Below, one piece after another: positions 9,802 through 20,792 of a DNA stretch of 64,000 bases. The notes under the pieces are model-generated. The model was not told the origin of the DNA. It saw only the letters and a program-made list of their open reading frames with translations, and made no database searches. The translations under genes were made by a program, and so were the position numbers. Each line of letters starts with the position of its first letter. Position 1 is the first letter of the stretch. This stretch comes from Rhodospirillaceae bacterium (GTDB lineage: Bacteria; Pseudomonadota; Alphaproteobacteria; UBA6615): the NCBI GenBank assembly GCA_002713365.1, contig PASR01000012.1, positions 9,848-73,847 of the forward strand. The letters run 5' to 3'.

Positions 9802-10293
9802 TTACTCAGCAGCATCCTTAACGTATTTATGCAACGGCATTGATCCTTTAATGGCATATGATAAAACATCAACTACTTGCTGAGGAGTTTGTGCAACTAC
9901 CTTTGCGGCCGCATCAACTTCCTTTAAAGCATGATTGTGCTCAGGCTGATGTAAAATTATCAAAGGCTTACCTAGAGCAGCCGCATAACCAGCGTCAAAA
10001 GCAGCATTCCACTGTTTGTACTTCTCTCCAAACCTTACTACTACTATATCAGCATCAGCTATAAGTGTACTTGTTCTAACAGAATTAAGCAGAGCACCCT
10101 TGTGATCATGCCAGAAACTTAATTCTTCGCTCCCTAATATTGCCACACCACAATCATCTGAATCCTCATGTACCGTTATCGGGGCGTTTAGAGTTACTGG
10201 AAGGGACATTTTATTAACCCCCTCTTCTATCTGCTCTCTCCAATCACTATGAATTTCACCAGATAGATAAATTTTCCAGATCCTTTCACTCAT
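9802..10293 (-). CDS. YtoQ family protein (nucleoside 2-deoxyribosyltransferase-like fold)
   Basis: 163 aa (MSERIWKIYLSGEIHSDWREQI ... VVVRFGEKYKQWNAAFDAGYAAALGKPLIILH) matches YtoQ-like proteins. Confidence 0.6.
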   Translation of the reverse strand: MSERIWKIYLSGEIHSDWREQIEEGVNKMSLPVTLNAPITVHEDSDDCGVAILGSEELSFWHDHKGALLNSVRTSTLIADADIVVVRFGEKYKQWNAAFDAGYAAALGKPLIILHQPEHNHALKEVDAAAKVVAQTPQQVVDVLSYAIKGSMPLHKYVKDAAE

Positions 10294-10424
10294 TAGTCTA
10301 ATACTCCATTAAATAATAAATTTGTTATATCAAAACTTTACTTTTTTATTATATACGTTTTATTTAGATACCTATAGATTTAATTTGTATATTTGTTTTT
10401 AACAGCATTGGTGGCTGATCTATC

Positions 10425-10748
10425 ATGCAGAAACGTAAAACTAATACAATATATAGTTCCAACGTGGTGGCTCTACAACCTCATAGAGATAAATCAAATC
10501 ATACTGATAGGTTAAATTATAAAAACAATAAAATATCAAACTCCCAAAGGGACTGGCTATTACGCGGTTTATCGCAGCCAGGCGGAAAACTGCCTTTATT
10601 TGATAGAGAAGGACAAAGAATAAATCAGCGTACAATTAAAAGTTGTATTCGCAAAGGATGGGCCGAACCATGGTTTGAAAATCCTATCAAACCTGATTGG
10701 TTAGTATGCAAACTTACAGATAAAGGGAGAAATATAATAACAACTTAA
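10425..10748 (+). CDS. Hypothetical small basic protein
   Basis: 107-aa ORF in an otherwise empty 580-nt gap. No recognisable motif. Confidence 0.35.
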   Translation: MQKRKTNTIYSSNVVALQPHRDKSNHTDRLNYKNNKISNSQRDWLLRGLSQPGGKLPLFDREGQRINQRTIKSCIRKGWAEPWFENPIKPDWLVCKLTDKGRNIITT

Positions 10749-10875
10749 ATAGAGCAAAAGTTATATCACTACATCTAAAAGTAAAATAAAATAACTTCTA
10801 TATGCTTATCAAGCACTAAATATAATTGGCCTGTAAGCTCATATTAAATATTCTACAAAACCCAGATATTCTGCA

Positions 10876-11850
10876 TTAACCCTGAACGGTCAGCATGATC
10901 CGTCCAAAGTGCTTGTTCTGTTTAGCACGTTCCAGTGCTATTGATGCCTCAGACATATCGAAGGTACTATCAATCGGCATATTAAATACACCGGCTTCCA
11001 TGGCATCCCATAAATCTTCTTTTGCAGCACGAAATACTTCTGCATGTTCTTCAAGTGAACGAGTACGACCGGTTGTACCAATATATGTAAGACGCCGTTC
11101 AGCATGCATATTAAAATCAAATTCAGCGATCTCACCACCCAAACGACCAACATTAACGATACATCCATGTATTTTTGTTGCCGCCATATTCTGATTAGCT
11201 ACATAACCAGAGATTTGATCAATAACCAAATCTACGCCTTTACCATCAGTAGCTTCCAAAACTTGGTCCACCCATCCCGAATCAGATGAATCCAGAGCTA
11301 AATCGGCACCGTAATCACTCAAACGCGAGCGTCGCTCAGTGTTCGTCGACGTCCCTATTACGAGACTCGCACCTAAATGTTTACCCATCTGCATGCCAAT
11401 TATACCAACTCCTGTACTTGCACCTTGAATTAGTATTGATTGACCTGCTTCAAACTGACCGTTAGTGACAATGGCATCATGCATTGTTAAAAATGCGGAA
11501 GAATATGAGCCACCATGAATGAGATCCATACCGCTAGGAACTGGCAATGTACGTCGAAAATCAGCGACAGCATATTCAGCCCAGCCGGCAGCACCAACAG
11601 CCATCACGCGATCACCAACTGTAATTCCGCTGGTCTCCGATCCTACCTCGGTAACTTCACCACAAAACGCAGCGCCCATAACCTTAGCACTTCCCCCAAC
11701 ATGCCCATAGTTCTTCCCTTGGGTGGTTAACAAATCCGAACGGTTAACGCTACAGCTTGCTACCTTGACCATTACCTGGGTTGGCTTAACCGCAGGCATA
11801 TCTACTTCATCAAGAACGACACCGCCTTCCCCCAATACAACGGCTTTCAT
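10876..11850 (-). CDS. Zinc-binding alcohol dehydrogenase family / NAD(P)H:quinone oxidoreductase (MDR superfamily)
   Basis: MKAVVL... start and a GxGxxG-like nucleotide-binding region (IQGASTGVGIIGMQMGK). The ORF track extends 5 codons further, to 11865. Confidence 0.75.
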   Translation of the reverse strand: MKAVVLGEGGVVLDEVDMPAVKPTQVMVKVASCSVNRSDLLTTQGKNYGHVGGSAKVMGAAFCGEVTEVGSETSGITVGDRVMAVGAAGWAEYAVADFRRTLPVPSGMDLIHGGSYSSAFLTMHDAIVTNGQFEAGQSILIQGASTGVGIIGMQMGKHLGASLVIGTSTNTERRSRLSDYGADLALDSSDSGWVDQVLEATDGKGVDLVIDQISGYVANQNMAATKIHGCIVNVGRLGGEIAEFDFNMHAERRLTYIGTTGRTRSLEEHAEVFRAAKEDLWDAMEAGVFNMPIDSTFDMSEASIALERAKQNKHFGRIMLTVQG

Positions 11851-12003
11851 TTTATTCTCTTTCATCGCGTACCTTTCTGAGCAGATGTGTTATTACGAGG
11901 TGATATAATCAAATATGTAAAGATGTAAGCTCAATAAACTATCAGTTTATCACTATTCAAATTTGTATATTGATTAATAAGTTATTTCAACGATTCATAT
12001 AAT

Positions 12004-12080
12004 TGGTCGGGACGGCAGGATTTGAACCTGCGACCCCCACACCCCCAGTGTGATGCGCTACCAGACTGCGCTACGTCCCG
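12004..12080 (-). tRNA. tRNA-Pro (anticodon GGG)
   Basis: Cloverleaf on the minus strand: acceptor CGGGACG/CGTCCCG, D-arm GCGC-AGTCTGGTA-GCGC, anticodon arm TCACA-CTGGGGG-TGTGG (U33, GGG, G37), T-arm GCAGG-TTCAAAT-CCTGC, discriminator A and an encoded CCA. Confidence 0.9.
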
Positions 12081-12156
12081 ACAATAGAATTAATCTCAAC
12101 TAAAACATATAATTCATGGCTAATTTACATCTATGGAGTATTATAAATTGGGTAAT

Positions 12157-12594
12157 CTAAATTTTACCTGAATCTAGGATTAAACGTTTTAGTTCTTGAA
12201 GTTCCTGTAGAACTTCTTTTAACTTCTCTTTATCTACCCCGGATTCAGTATTACTAATCTTAGTATCTGAAACAGTTTTAATGGAAGATTTTTCAACTAA
12301 TAAATCATTCTTATTCTTAGATTCATTTAATAATTTCTGTACACCTTTTATGGTGTAACCGTCATCATAGAGTAATTTTTTAATTCTTTTTATTAGAATA
12401 ACGTCATCTGGTCGATAATACCGTCTTCCTCCACCTCTTTTAAGTGGATTCACTTGCCTAAATTTAGATTCCCAGAATCGTAAAACATGCTGTGGAACAT
12501 CAATAATTTCTGCAACTTCTCGTATTGTACGAAAAGCTTCGGAAGATTTATTAGTTGATAGATTTTTTGTTAATTCTTTGCCAGACATCGCCAT
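12157..12594 (-). CDS. MerR family transcriptional regulator (conserved partner of ihfA in alphaproteobacteria)
   Basis: 145 aa with an N-terminal HTH ([25 protein letters not shown]) and a C-terminal coiled coil. Confidence 0.8.
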   Translation of the reverse strand: MAMSGKELTKNLSTNKSSEAFRTIREVAEIIDVPQHVLRFWESKFRQVNPLKRGGGRRYYRPDDVILIKRIKKLLYDDGYTIKGVQKLLNESKNKNDLLVEKSSIKTVSDTKISNTESGVDKEKLKEVLQELQELKRLILDSGKI

Positions 12595-12641
12595 AACTTG
12601 GATATATCTAATGAAATTTGTTGTTATACAAGATTACTGAT

Positions 12642-12953
12642 CTAATCATCTTGTATAATCGATTCAGGTGGATTTATATTATTTTTTAAAACTTGACTTG
12701 CCCTAAAGGTAATAACACGTCTTGGGAGAATAGAAACTTCCTCCCCTGTTTTAGGGTTTCTTCCTATTCTTTCATTCTTATCTCTTACAGAAAAACTGCC
12801 AAATGAAGAGAATTTAACCATCTCTCCTCTGACCAAGGCTTCAGAAACCTCTGAAAGCAATGATTCAACAAGTTCCGATGATTCATTACGAGACAAACCA
12901 ACTTCCTGATAAACGGCCTCTGTCAATTGTGCTCTTGTTATTGTTCCAGCCAC
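12642..12953 (-). CDS. ihfA: Integration host factor subunit alpha
   Basis: 103 aa: [33 protein letters not shown] ... [12 protein letters not shown]. Confidence 0.9.
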   Translation of the reverse strand: MAGTITRAQLTEAVYQEVGLSRNESSELVESLLSEVSEALVRGEMVKFSSFGSFSVRDKNERIGRNPKTGEEVSILPRRVITFRASQVLKNNINPPESIIQDD

Positions 12954-13097
12954 CGTTATCCCCCATTATTTAGATATTTGACGGTAACCTTTACTGATAT
13001 ATCCGTCAATATCAATACATTGTAGTATGTGGTTAAACTAACTTGATGAGTTTGATAAAGTTATTTAAATATCCTATACATTACTAATACAGTAATT

Positions 13098-14096
13098 CTA
13101 CCAACGTATTAAACCTGAGCCCCAAGTCATACCGCCACCTAAGGCTTCAACCAAAACTAAGTCATGTTTTTCTATTTTTTTATCACATACAGCTTCCCAT
13201 ATAGCCAGAGGTATAGATGCAGCTGAAGTGTTCGCATGTTTATCAATCGTTACAATAACTCGCTCAGTGTTTATTCCAAGTTTCTTTGCAGTTCCATCAA
13301 TAATTCTTTTATTAGCTTGATGCGGAACAAACCAGTCAATATCAGCAGCCAGAAGATTATTATGAACCAGAGCCTCGGTTACCACTTCTGACATTTTAAC
13401 AACAGCATGCCGAAAGACTTCTTTTCCTTCCATTCGTATACAACCAACTGTTCCCGTTGTTGATGGCCCACCATCAACATAAAGCAAGTCATGGAGCCGT
13501 CCATCTGAATGTAGATGTGTTGATAAAATTCCCCTATCACTACCTAGACTTTCAACGGACTCATTACTTAATAAAATACTTCCTGCACCATCACCAAATA
13601 AGACACAAGTTCCTCTATCATTCCAATCCAAAATACGTGAATTAGTTTCAGCTCCAATTACAAGTGCATTGTTAACTTGACCTGATTTAATAAAATTATC
13701 AGCAGTAGCCAAAGCATAAACAAATCCAGAACAAACTGCTGCAATATCAAAGGCCATCGCGTTGTTAGCACCAACTTTCGCCTGAACAGTTGTAGCTGTA
13801 GCTGGAAATGTATGATCTGGTGTACTTGTAGCAACTATAACGAGATCAATATCCTTAGGATGCATACCTGCACTCTTTAATGAAACGTCTGCAGCGGCGG
13901 CGGCCAGATCTGAGGTTAATTCACCTGGCGCAGCAATATGGCGCTTTTCAATTCCACTTCTAGCTTTTATCCAATCGTCAGATGTTTCGAGTTGTTCTGC
14001 TAAATCCTCATTAGTGAGGATATTCTTCGGTAAATAACCTCCACACCCAACAACTACAGATCTACGTAACTTATTATTACTCACTCTGCTCACCAA
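13098..14096 (-). CDS. fabH: 3-oxoacyl-ACP synthase III
   Basis: 332 aa with the active-site Cys context ([15 protein letters not shown]) and the His/Asn region (VPHQANKRI). Confidence 0.9.
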   Translation of the reverse strand: MVSRVSNNKLRRSVVVGCGGYLPKNILTNEDLAEQLETSDDWIKARSGIEKRHIAAPGELTSDLAAAAADVSLKSAGMHPKDIDLVIVATSTPDHTFPATATTVQAKVGANNAMAFDIAAVCSGFVYALATADNFIKSGQVNNALVIGAETNSRILDWNDRGTCVLFGDGAGSILLSNESVESLGSDRGILSTHLHSDGRLHDLLYVDGGPSTTGTVGCIRMEGKEVFRHAVVKMSEVVTEALVHNNLLAADIDWFVPHQANKRIIDGTAKKLGINTERVIVTIDKHANTSAASIPLAIWEAVCDKKIEKHDLVLVEALGGGMTWGSGLIRW

Positions 14097-15108
14097 TGTT
14101 TAGTTGGGCGATATGTTCAGCTATCATTTGATTTCCTCCATAGTTAATCATATCAATTGCTACGCCTATAGCTGTAGCAAAACCCAATGCATCAGTCCCC
14201 CCATGACTTTTAACACATATACCATTTAGTCCAAGAAACATTGCACCATTATATCTTCTCGGATCACTCCTGTTTCTTAGTTTATCCAGTGAATGTTTAG
14301 CAAATACATAGCCTAATTTCGCCCATAAAGAGTTACGAAAAGCTTCCCTAACAAATCCATTTATCAGTTTTGCTGTACCCTCAGCAGTCTTTAAAGCAAT
14401 ATTCCCAGTAAACCAATCAGTAACAACAACATCTACAGCTCCTGCAGGTATGTCATCACCTTCTACAAAACCTACAAATTCTCCAGAAAAATCAATACCC
14501 CGAATTATATCAGCTGCTTTTTGTAATTCTAGATTTCCTTTTGTATCCTCTGTTCCAACATTTAATAAACCAAGAGTAGGGTCTTCAATACCTAATATTG
14601 TTCTTGAATACACTTCTCCCATTACAGCGAATTGTACAAGATTTCTTGCACTACAAGATATATTAGCACCTAAATCAAGCATAACAGTCTCTCCCCTTAA
14701 TGTGGGGAAAAAAGAAGCAATAGCTGGTCTATCTATTCCTGGAAGATTTTTCCACTGTATCATAGCCATGGCCATCAAAGCTCCAGTATTACCAGCTGAA
14801 ACGGCCCCGGATGCAGTACCATTTTTTACTGATTCTAAGCTAAGCCACATAGATGTATTACGACCGCTACGTATAACCTGAGATGGCTTATCATCATCAG
14901 CCACCTGCTCTGAAGTATGATAAATCTCAACGTAATCTCTTAAACCACGTTGTTTAGATATTAATTTACTTATCTGTTGTTCATCACCATAAAGTAAAAA
15001 ATTGACATGAGGATATCTTCGGCGAGCAATGTTTGCACCTGCAACAACTATCTGCGGCGCATCATCACCGCCCATGGCATCTAAAGCTATAGTGACGGGC
15101 TCCATCAA
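14077..15108 (-). CDS. plsX: Phosphate acyltransferase PlsX
   Basis: 343 aa: [14 protein letters not shown] ... a typical PlsX N-terminus. Overlaps fabH by 20 nt. Confidence 0.9.
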   Translation of the reverse strand: MMEPVTIALDAMGGDDAPQIVVAGANIARRRYPHVNFLLYGDEQQISKLISKQRGLRDYVEIYHTSEQVADDDKPSQVIRSGRNTSMWLSLESVKNGTASGAVSAGNTGALMAMAMIQWKNLPGIDRPAIASFFPTLRGETVMLDLGANISCSARNLVQFAVMGEVYSRTILGIEDPTLGLLNVGTEDTKGNLELQKAADIIRGIDFSGEFVGFVEGDDIPAGAVDVVVTDWFTGNIALKTAEGTAKLINGFVREAFRNSLWAKLGYVFAKHSLDKLRNRSDPRRYNGAMFLGLNGICVKSHGGTDALGFATAIGVAIDMINYGGNQMIAEHIAQLNIGEQSE

Positions 15109-15147
15109 TTGAGACCGCTTTCCAGCCGATCAGAACGGCTTTTAAAG

Positions 15148-15333
15148 TTATATTTTATCTTTAACTTGAATAACTTGTCGACCTTTATAAAATCCAGTCT
15201 TCATGTCAACATGATGTGGACGGTGATATTCGCCAGTAGTTTGATCTTCTACATAGGCAGGAGATTTAAGAGCGTCATGCGAGCGCCGTTCACCACGTCG
15301 AGTTTTTGATATTTTCTTTTTTGGAACAGCCAT
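15148..15333 (-). CDS. rpmF: 50S ribosomal protein L32
   Basis: [23 protein letters not shown]... Confidence 0.9.
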   Translation of the reverse strand: MAVPKKKISKTRRGERRSHDALKSPAYVEDQTTGEYHRPHHVDMKTGFYKGRQVIQVKDKI

Positions 15334-15445
15334 AATATTTTCCTTCAGACATTACCTATTTAAAGAATATATTTTTAAATAGAGGGAGGTAATTAGCTAA
15401 TAGTCCGCTCGCATGCAAGGGACATAATTTTAAAATATGTAATTA

Positions 15446-16012
15446 TTAAATTTTTTCATTTTTAAATAATGTTTTTAATTTAGTAAATGGACCATCATTT
15501 TGTATACCAGAACTATAGTTTTCCATATGAGCATCTGCAGCCGGTGATCTAGGATATGGTACTATAGCTAAAGCAAGGTATTGTGTTATTAACTCTCCTA
15601 GTTCAATTGTATCACCCATTAATATTTCAGACGAATCATATTTATATGCTTCCTTGATGAGTGTTTCCTTATCTAAGTCATTGCTATCTGTTAAATAGTG
15701 TTGAGCAAACGATGTTTTAATGTTTATGCTGAATGGTTCTAATGTAACGACGCAATCCTGACGAGTTTTTGCTTTTATGTCTCCTGTGACTAAGATTTCT
15801 TTAGGCGAAATTTGTTCTACTGAAACTAAGGCGCGCAAGTAATCTAATGATATTAATGAGCACCTAATTGACAATAATTTTCTTTCTGCTTCAGAGGCTA
15901 ATATATCAATATTAACTTTTCGTGAAGCTTTTAAAGAAGTTAAATAAAATATCCTAGACAATTCAATCTCAGAATTATCTAGGTAATCATTAGCTATATT
16001 GTTATCTTTCAT
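15446..16012 (-). CDS. yceD: YceD/DUF177 family protein (23S rRNA accumulation protein)
   Basis: 188-aa acidic protein immediately upstream of rpmF-plsX, the conserved position for DUF177. Confidence 0.7.
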   Translation of the reverse strand: MKDNNIANDYLDNSEIELSRIFYLTSLKASRKVNIDILASEAERKLLSIRCSLISLDYLRALVSVEQISPKEILVTGDIKAKTRQDCVVTLEPFSINIKTSFAQHYLTDSNDLDKETLIKEAYKYDSSEILMGDTIELGELITQYLALAIVPYPRSPAADAHMENYSSGIQNDGPFTKLKTLFKNEKI

Positions 16013-16541
16013 ATGATGCCTTTGGAAATAAAATTTTTCCTTGCATAATATCCGAACTAGATTGAGCGTTAAGCTGAAGCAACGATTCTGTTATGTATTT
16101 AATCATAGCTGCTATCTGATTATCAGTTGCCGCATTGGTTGCATAAAGATTTCGGTTTAAAGCCATTGACAGAGCTTCATTGCCTTGTTCAAAGGCATTA
16201 TCGTAAGCATCTACACGTCCGTAAAGATTGCGGGCTAGTGTTTTAATGCGTTTACCTATCCCCATATCTCCAATACCTTTTTCTCGCAGAGTTCTATCCA
16301 AATCAGCAAACATCAAATCGTGCACTAATTGGGATAAATGTTTACCAGATTCATCTGTATTACCGAGCCTTTTAAAGAGTAAATAAGCATGTAAACATAT
16401 CATTTCAAATCTACCTAATTCAGAATCTGGTACACCGTAATGAATATAAAATTCAGGAGAACGCGCACAAACCACCAAGTTATTATATAGCTTTAGTGCT
16501 ATATCGCGTTGCTGATTACGTTTCTTTAACCTTTCAAACAT
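16002..16541 (-). CDS. Ubiquinol-cytochrome c chaperone (Cbp3-like) family protein
   Basis: 179 aa: ...CARSPEFYIHYGVPDSELGRFEMICLHAYLLFKRL... matches the bacterial Cbp3/Ubiq_cyt_C_chap N-region. Overlaps yceD by 11 nt. Confidence 0.65.
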   Translation of the reverse strand: MFERLKKRNQQRDIALKLYNNLVVCARSPEFYIHYGVPDSELGRFEMICLHAYLLFKRLGNTDESGKHLSQLVHDLMFADLDRTLREKGIGDMGIGKRIKTLARNLYGRVDAYDNAFEQGNEALSMALNRNLYATNAATDNQIAAMIKYITESLLQLNAQSSSDIMQGKILFPKASYER

Positions 16542-16602
16542 TAATCTCTACTTTAAATCTCATCATTGGCTCAGTTGACAGGAAGTTAAGGGCAGTGCAA
16601 AT

Positions 16603-17142
16603 GTGTTTTATAATATTATAGATCTGATTATCAGGAAAAACATAGTAATGATACCATATAATATTTGTCGAAAACTTTTGAATTTGACAAGACCATTCCA
16701 TTACCTAATTATTTTAATAACATTTCTTATAATTACCTCTTGTACGCCTATAGTTAATGTTCATGGAAAGATGTCAATAAATGAAGACATACAAAGTATT
16801 AAAGTCGGTGTTTCCAAACGTGATGATGTAATAAAATTACTTGGAACCCCCTCAACTGAAGGCGTTTTAACAAATGATGTATGGTTCTATTTTTCAGAAA
16901 AAACGGAAACAACAGCTTTTCTTAAACCGAAAATTGTTAAAAGAAATATATACGCTTTAGTATTTCAAGAAAATAATCTAGTTAAAAATGTTGTTACCTA
17001 TACCGAGTCTAATGGAAAAGAAATAGATATAACCAGCCGGGTAACTCCCTCTGCGGGGGCAGAATTAACATTTCTACAACAACTATTCTTTAACCTGGGC
17101 AGATTCAGCGGTGGTGAGAAAGATCTAGAACCAGGAAGATAA
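16603..17142 (+). CDS. bamE: Outer membrane protein assembly factor BamE (SmpA/OmlA lipoprotein)
   Basis: Lipobox ...LIITSC followed by VHGKMSINEDIQSIKVGVSKRDDVIKLLGTPS. The true start is probably an internal Met/TTG downstream of 16603. Confidence 0.7.
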   Translation: MFYNIIDLIIRKNIVMIPYNICRKLLNLTRPFHYLIILITFLIITSCTPIVNVHGKMSINEDIQSIKVGVSKRDDVIKLLGTPSTEGVLTNDVWFYFSEKTETTAFLKPKIVKRNIYALVFQENNLVKNVVTYTESNGKEIDITSRVTPSAGAELTFLQQLFFNLGRFSGGEKDLEPGR

Positions 17143-17181
17143 TATCTCATTTTATCTTCCTGGTCCTGGATAAATTTTTTT
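17131..17181 (+). terminator. Perfect 12-bp hairpin overlapping the bamE stop codon with a downstream T-run (putative terminator between convergent bamE and hppA)
   Basis: CCAGGAAGATAA-tatctcatt-TTATCTTCCTGG, then TTTTTTT at 17175-17181. Confidence 0.45.
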
Positions 17182-17184
17182 CAT

Positions 17185-19308
17185 TCAAAAACTAGCTAAA
17201 ACCGCTAATATCATAAGTGCAACAATATTGGTTATTTTTATCATTGGATTAATAGCAGGACCGGCAGTATCTTTATATGGATCTCCAACGGTATCACCAG
17301 TAACAGCAGCTTTATGGGCGTCTGAACCCTTTCCTCCATGATTACCATCTTCAATGAATTTCTTAGCATTATCCCAGGCACCTCCTCCGGCTGTCATTGA
17401 GATTGCTACAAATAATCCCGTAACAATAACCCCTAATAACATTGCTCCTAGGGCAGAAAAAGCAGCAGATTTACCACCTATGACTAAGATAACTACGTAC
17501 AGTATTATTGGTGATAATACAGGAAGTAGTGACGGTATAATCATTTCTTTAATTGCTGCACGTGTCAAAAGGTCAACACATTTACCATATTCCGGTTTAC
17601 CCGTGCCCTCCATTATACCTGGTATTTCTTTGAACTGCCTCCTAACTTCAATTACTACCGAGCCGGCTGCTCTACCGACTGAGGTCATACCCATAGCACC
17701 AAATAAGAAAGGAAGCATACCGCCTATAAACAATCCGACCACAACGAAAGGATTAGTTAATGAAAAATCCAAATTGACTCCTGAAAAATATCCATAATCT
17801 TGGACATTATTTCTAAAATAATCCAAATCTGAAGTGTAAGCTGCAAAAAGAACAAGAGCACCTAATCCAGCTGAACCGATAGCATAACCTTTAGTTACTG
17901 CCTTTGTCGTATTTCCAACTGCGTCTAAAGCATCGGTGGTTTTACGAACATTCTCATCAAGATCTGCCATTTCTGCTATACCGCCAGCATTGTCTGTAAC
18001 TGGCCCATAAGCATCTAGGGCCGCCACCATACCTGCTAGTGCAAGCATGGCTGTTACAGCGATCGCAATTCCCAATAATCCGGCGAGAGCGTAAGATACA
18101 ATGATAGCAGCACAAATGATTAAAGCCGGAACCGCCGTAGCCTCCATTGATATAGCTAGCCCTTGAATTACATTTGTACCATGACCAGTCGTTGAAGATT
18201 CAGCTATAGATCGAACTGGTCTATACTCGGTACCGGTGTAGTATTCAGTAACCCAAATAAGAAGACCAGTAACTACCAGCCCAGTAACAGCACTAAGAAA
18301 TAGAGACATACCATTTACTTCAGTACCACCCACCTGAAATTGTGAATCAAATCCTATTACCCAACTAGTAACAGCTGCTATACCAACTAAAGAAAGCAAT
18401 GCAGATGCAATAAACCCTTTATAGAGAGCCCCCATTATATTGTTACTATTTCCTAAACGCACAAAAAAAGTGCCTACTATAGAGGCAATTATACAAATTC
18501 CTCCTATAGCAAGTGGATAGACCATCATAGATTCTTGCAAAGGGTTTCCTACGAGATATATTGATATTAAGACCATAGTGGCAACAACTGTTACAGCGTA
18601 TGTTTCAAATAAATCTGCTGCCATACCTGCGCAATCACCAACATTATCTCCAACATTATCAGCTATAACAGCTGGATTTCTTGGATCATCCTCAGGAATG
18701 CCAGCCTCTACTTTACCAACTAAATCAGCACCAACATCTGCCCCTTTAGTGAATATACCCCCACCCAATCTTGCAAATATTGAAATAAGAGAGGCTCCAA
18801 AGCCTAAGGAAACTAAAGCGTCAATCATATCACGCCCGCCTATAACTCCTTTATTTTCAAGTAGTATGAGAATACCGTAATAACCTGCCACGGAAAGCAG
18901 AGCTAAACCAGCAACTAACATGCCTGTTACTGCTCCCGCTCTAAATGCAGTTGATAAACCTTCAGCAAGACCCTGACGAGCAGCCTCGGTTGTCCTTACA
19001 TTAGATCGAACCGATATATTCATTCCAATAAAACCGGTGGCACCAGACAAAACAGCACCTATCACAAAGCCTAAGGCTGCAGGCCACTTAAGTACAAATA
19101 ATAGAATTATAGTTATCACTACACCAACCATTGCTATGGCTCTATACTGTCTATTTAAATATGCTGCAGCCCCTTCTTGAACAGCAGCAGAAATTTCCTG
19201 CATTCGTTCAGAACCAGAACTCATAGCTAAAACCGAGCGTGAAGCCCATATACCGTATAAAATTGCCAAAATGCCACAAGCTACGGCGAACCAAATAACT
19301 GAAGTCAT
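17185..19308 (-). CDS. hppA: Membrane-bound proton-translocating pyrophosphatase (H+-PPase), likely K+-independent type
   Basis: 707 aa with about 16 TM segments. Motifs GGG(I/A)[35 protein letters not shown] and [17 protein letters not shown] (Lys/Thr variant). Confidence 0.95.
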   Translation of the reverse strand: MTSVIWFAVACGILAILYGIWASRSVLAMSSGSERMQEISAAVQEGAAAYLNRQYRAIAMVGVVITIILLFVLKWPAALGFVIGAVLSGATGFIGMNISVRSNVRTTEAARQGLAEGLSTAFRAGAVTGMLVAGLALLSVAGYYGILILLENKGVIGGRDMIDALVSLGFGASLISIFARLGGGIFTKGADVGADLVGKVEAGIPEDDPRNPAVIADNVGDNVGDCAGMAADLFETYAVTVVATMVLISIYLVGNPLQESMMVYPLAIGGICIIASIVGTFFVRLGNSNNIMGALYKGFIASALLSLVGIAAVTSWVIGFDSQFQVGGTEVNGMSLFLSAVTGLVVTGLLIWVTEYYTGTEYRPVRSIAESSTTGHGTNVIQGLAISMEATAVPALIICAAIIVSYALAGLLGIAIAVTAMLALAGMVAALDAYGPVTDNAGGIAEMADLDENVRKTTDALDAVGNTTKAVTKGYAIGSAGLGALVLFAAYTSDLDYFRNNVQDYGYFSGVNLDFSLTNPFVVVGLFIGGMLPFLFGAMGMTSVGRAAGSVVIEVRRQFKEIPGIMEGTGKPEYGKCVDLLTRAAIKEMIIPSLLPVLSPIILYVVILVIGGKSAAFSALGAMLLGVIVTGLFVAISMTAGGGAWDNAKKFIEDGNHGGKGSDAHKAAVTGDTVGDPYKDTAGPAINPMIKITNIVALMILAVLASF

Positions 19309-19477
19309 ATCAAAACTTCCTCTGTATTAGTTTATTTAATGTTGGATTACCTATTGCTAATATTTAAAGCCAATTACGAATCTAACAATTTATTAAAAGA
19401 CGCGGGAACATGCCAAAAAGATATAGTGAACGCAACCGGTCAGTACATTTACTTTTAATATTTTTCTAAATAAATAC

Positions 19478-20692
19478 TTAAGCTATCTTTACAACTCTTC
19501 TACCCCTTAACCAAGTAACGCTGATTAGAACGGCAACAAGCAAAGGGACCGCAGCTAAATTAACCGCATTCCATCCTACTGTCTGATAAGTACCCCCCGC
19601 TAATAATGAGACTACAGCAACCGTTCCAAAAACAAAAAAATCGTTCACGCCTTGAACTTTTGCCTTTTCTGCCGGCGTATAAGTCTGTAAAAGTAAGGTA
19701 GTACCTCCTGTAAACATAAAATTCCAACCCAAGCCAACAAGTGCCATGGCTACTCTTAGGTGCATAAGGGAATCACCATTTAAATTTACCAATATACTGG
19801 CGCCAGATATAAGAGCGCCGATCGTTATTATATTAATGTCACCATAACGCTTAATTAACCAACCAGTAAAAAAACTCGGGACAAACATACCTAAAACATG
19901 CCACATAATTACATTAGTAACATCGAAGAATTCGAAAGAATGTATCGGATGAGAGCCCATAAATAATGGGGTAGCAAGCATAACAAAATTCATAACACCA
20001 TATCCAACCATCGAACTTAAAACTGCAACAAGAAATGCTGGCTGAGCTGCAATTTCTCGAAATGGACGAACCTTTCCTGTACGTTCTTTCTCATCAGGCA
20101 TTGGGATATCAGTAAATAACAAAAATATAACCATCATTATTTGCATGACTATAATAACTGCAAAAACACCACCATAAATTATTGGCGCTAAAAGATCATA
20201 TGCCCACGCTGATAATGTTGGCCCCGCTAAGCCTGCAAACACTCCTCCAGCCAACACCAAACTAACGGCCTTAGCTTTTGTATTTTTGTCAGCTGTATCT
20301 ACAGCAGCAAATCTAAACTGTTGGTTAGATCCTGCACTTGCTCCAAATAATGAGGAACCTATACAAAAGATTAAAAAATCTTGATTATAAAGTGCATATA
20401 ATGCCAGAAAAGCTCCCAATGTACCAATAACTATGAATATAATAAATCCGTTCGCCCTTCCCACTTTTTTCATTAAAAGTGCCGCTGGCAAGGTTGCTAG
20501 TGTCATAAATGTAAACTGTAAGGTAATTGGTAATGTCGCTAATCCAAACGGCAAATTAAATATCTCTATTATCGGAGCTAAAGCTGCCCCTATAAAGGTA
20601 GTAACAGAGAAAATTAGTACCATCTGAGTTTGAGCCAATGCTTGACAGAAAGATAATAGCGTTACGTTTTTTATTACAGAACTTGTATTCAT
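19478..20692 (-). CDS. MFS transporter
   Basis: 404 aa, 12 predicted TM segments, MFS-like loop motifs. Confidence 0.75.
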   Translation of the reverse strand: MNTSSVIKNVTLLSFCQALAQTQMVLIFSVTTFIGAALAPIIEIFNLPFGLATLPITLQFTFMTLATLPAALLMKKVGRANGFIIFIVIGTLGAFLALYALYNQDFLIFCIGSSLFGASAGSNQQFRFAAVDTADKNTKAKAVSLVLAGGVFAGLAGPTLSAWAYDLLAPIIYGGVFAVIIVMQIMMVIFLLFTDIPMPDEKERTGKVRPFREIAAQPAFLVAVLSSMVGYGVMNFVMLATPLFMGSHPIHSFEFFDVTNVIMWHVLGMFVPSFFTGWLIKRYGDINIITIGALISGASILVNLNGDSLMHLRVAMALVGLGWNFMFTGGTTLLLQTYTPAEKAKVQGVNDFFVFGTVAVVSLLAGGTYQTVGWNAVNLAAVPLLVAVLISVTWLRGRRVVKIA

Positions 20693-20792
20693 TCGCTCAG
20701 TATTCTCTTAACTTTGAAATCAAAATGTTTAGTAAACTGTCCTAATAAATTATTAATTGATAACTCTTATAAAATAACACCTGTTTATCAAT

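Noticed and set aside
11866-12160. Genomic island or prophage integrated at tRNA-Pro
   Set aside because: There is no integrase, transposase or phage gene, and no direct repeat of the tRNA 3' end. The flanking genes are conserved housekeeping genes (merR-ihfA on one side, quinone reductase on the other).
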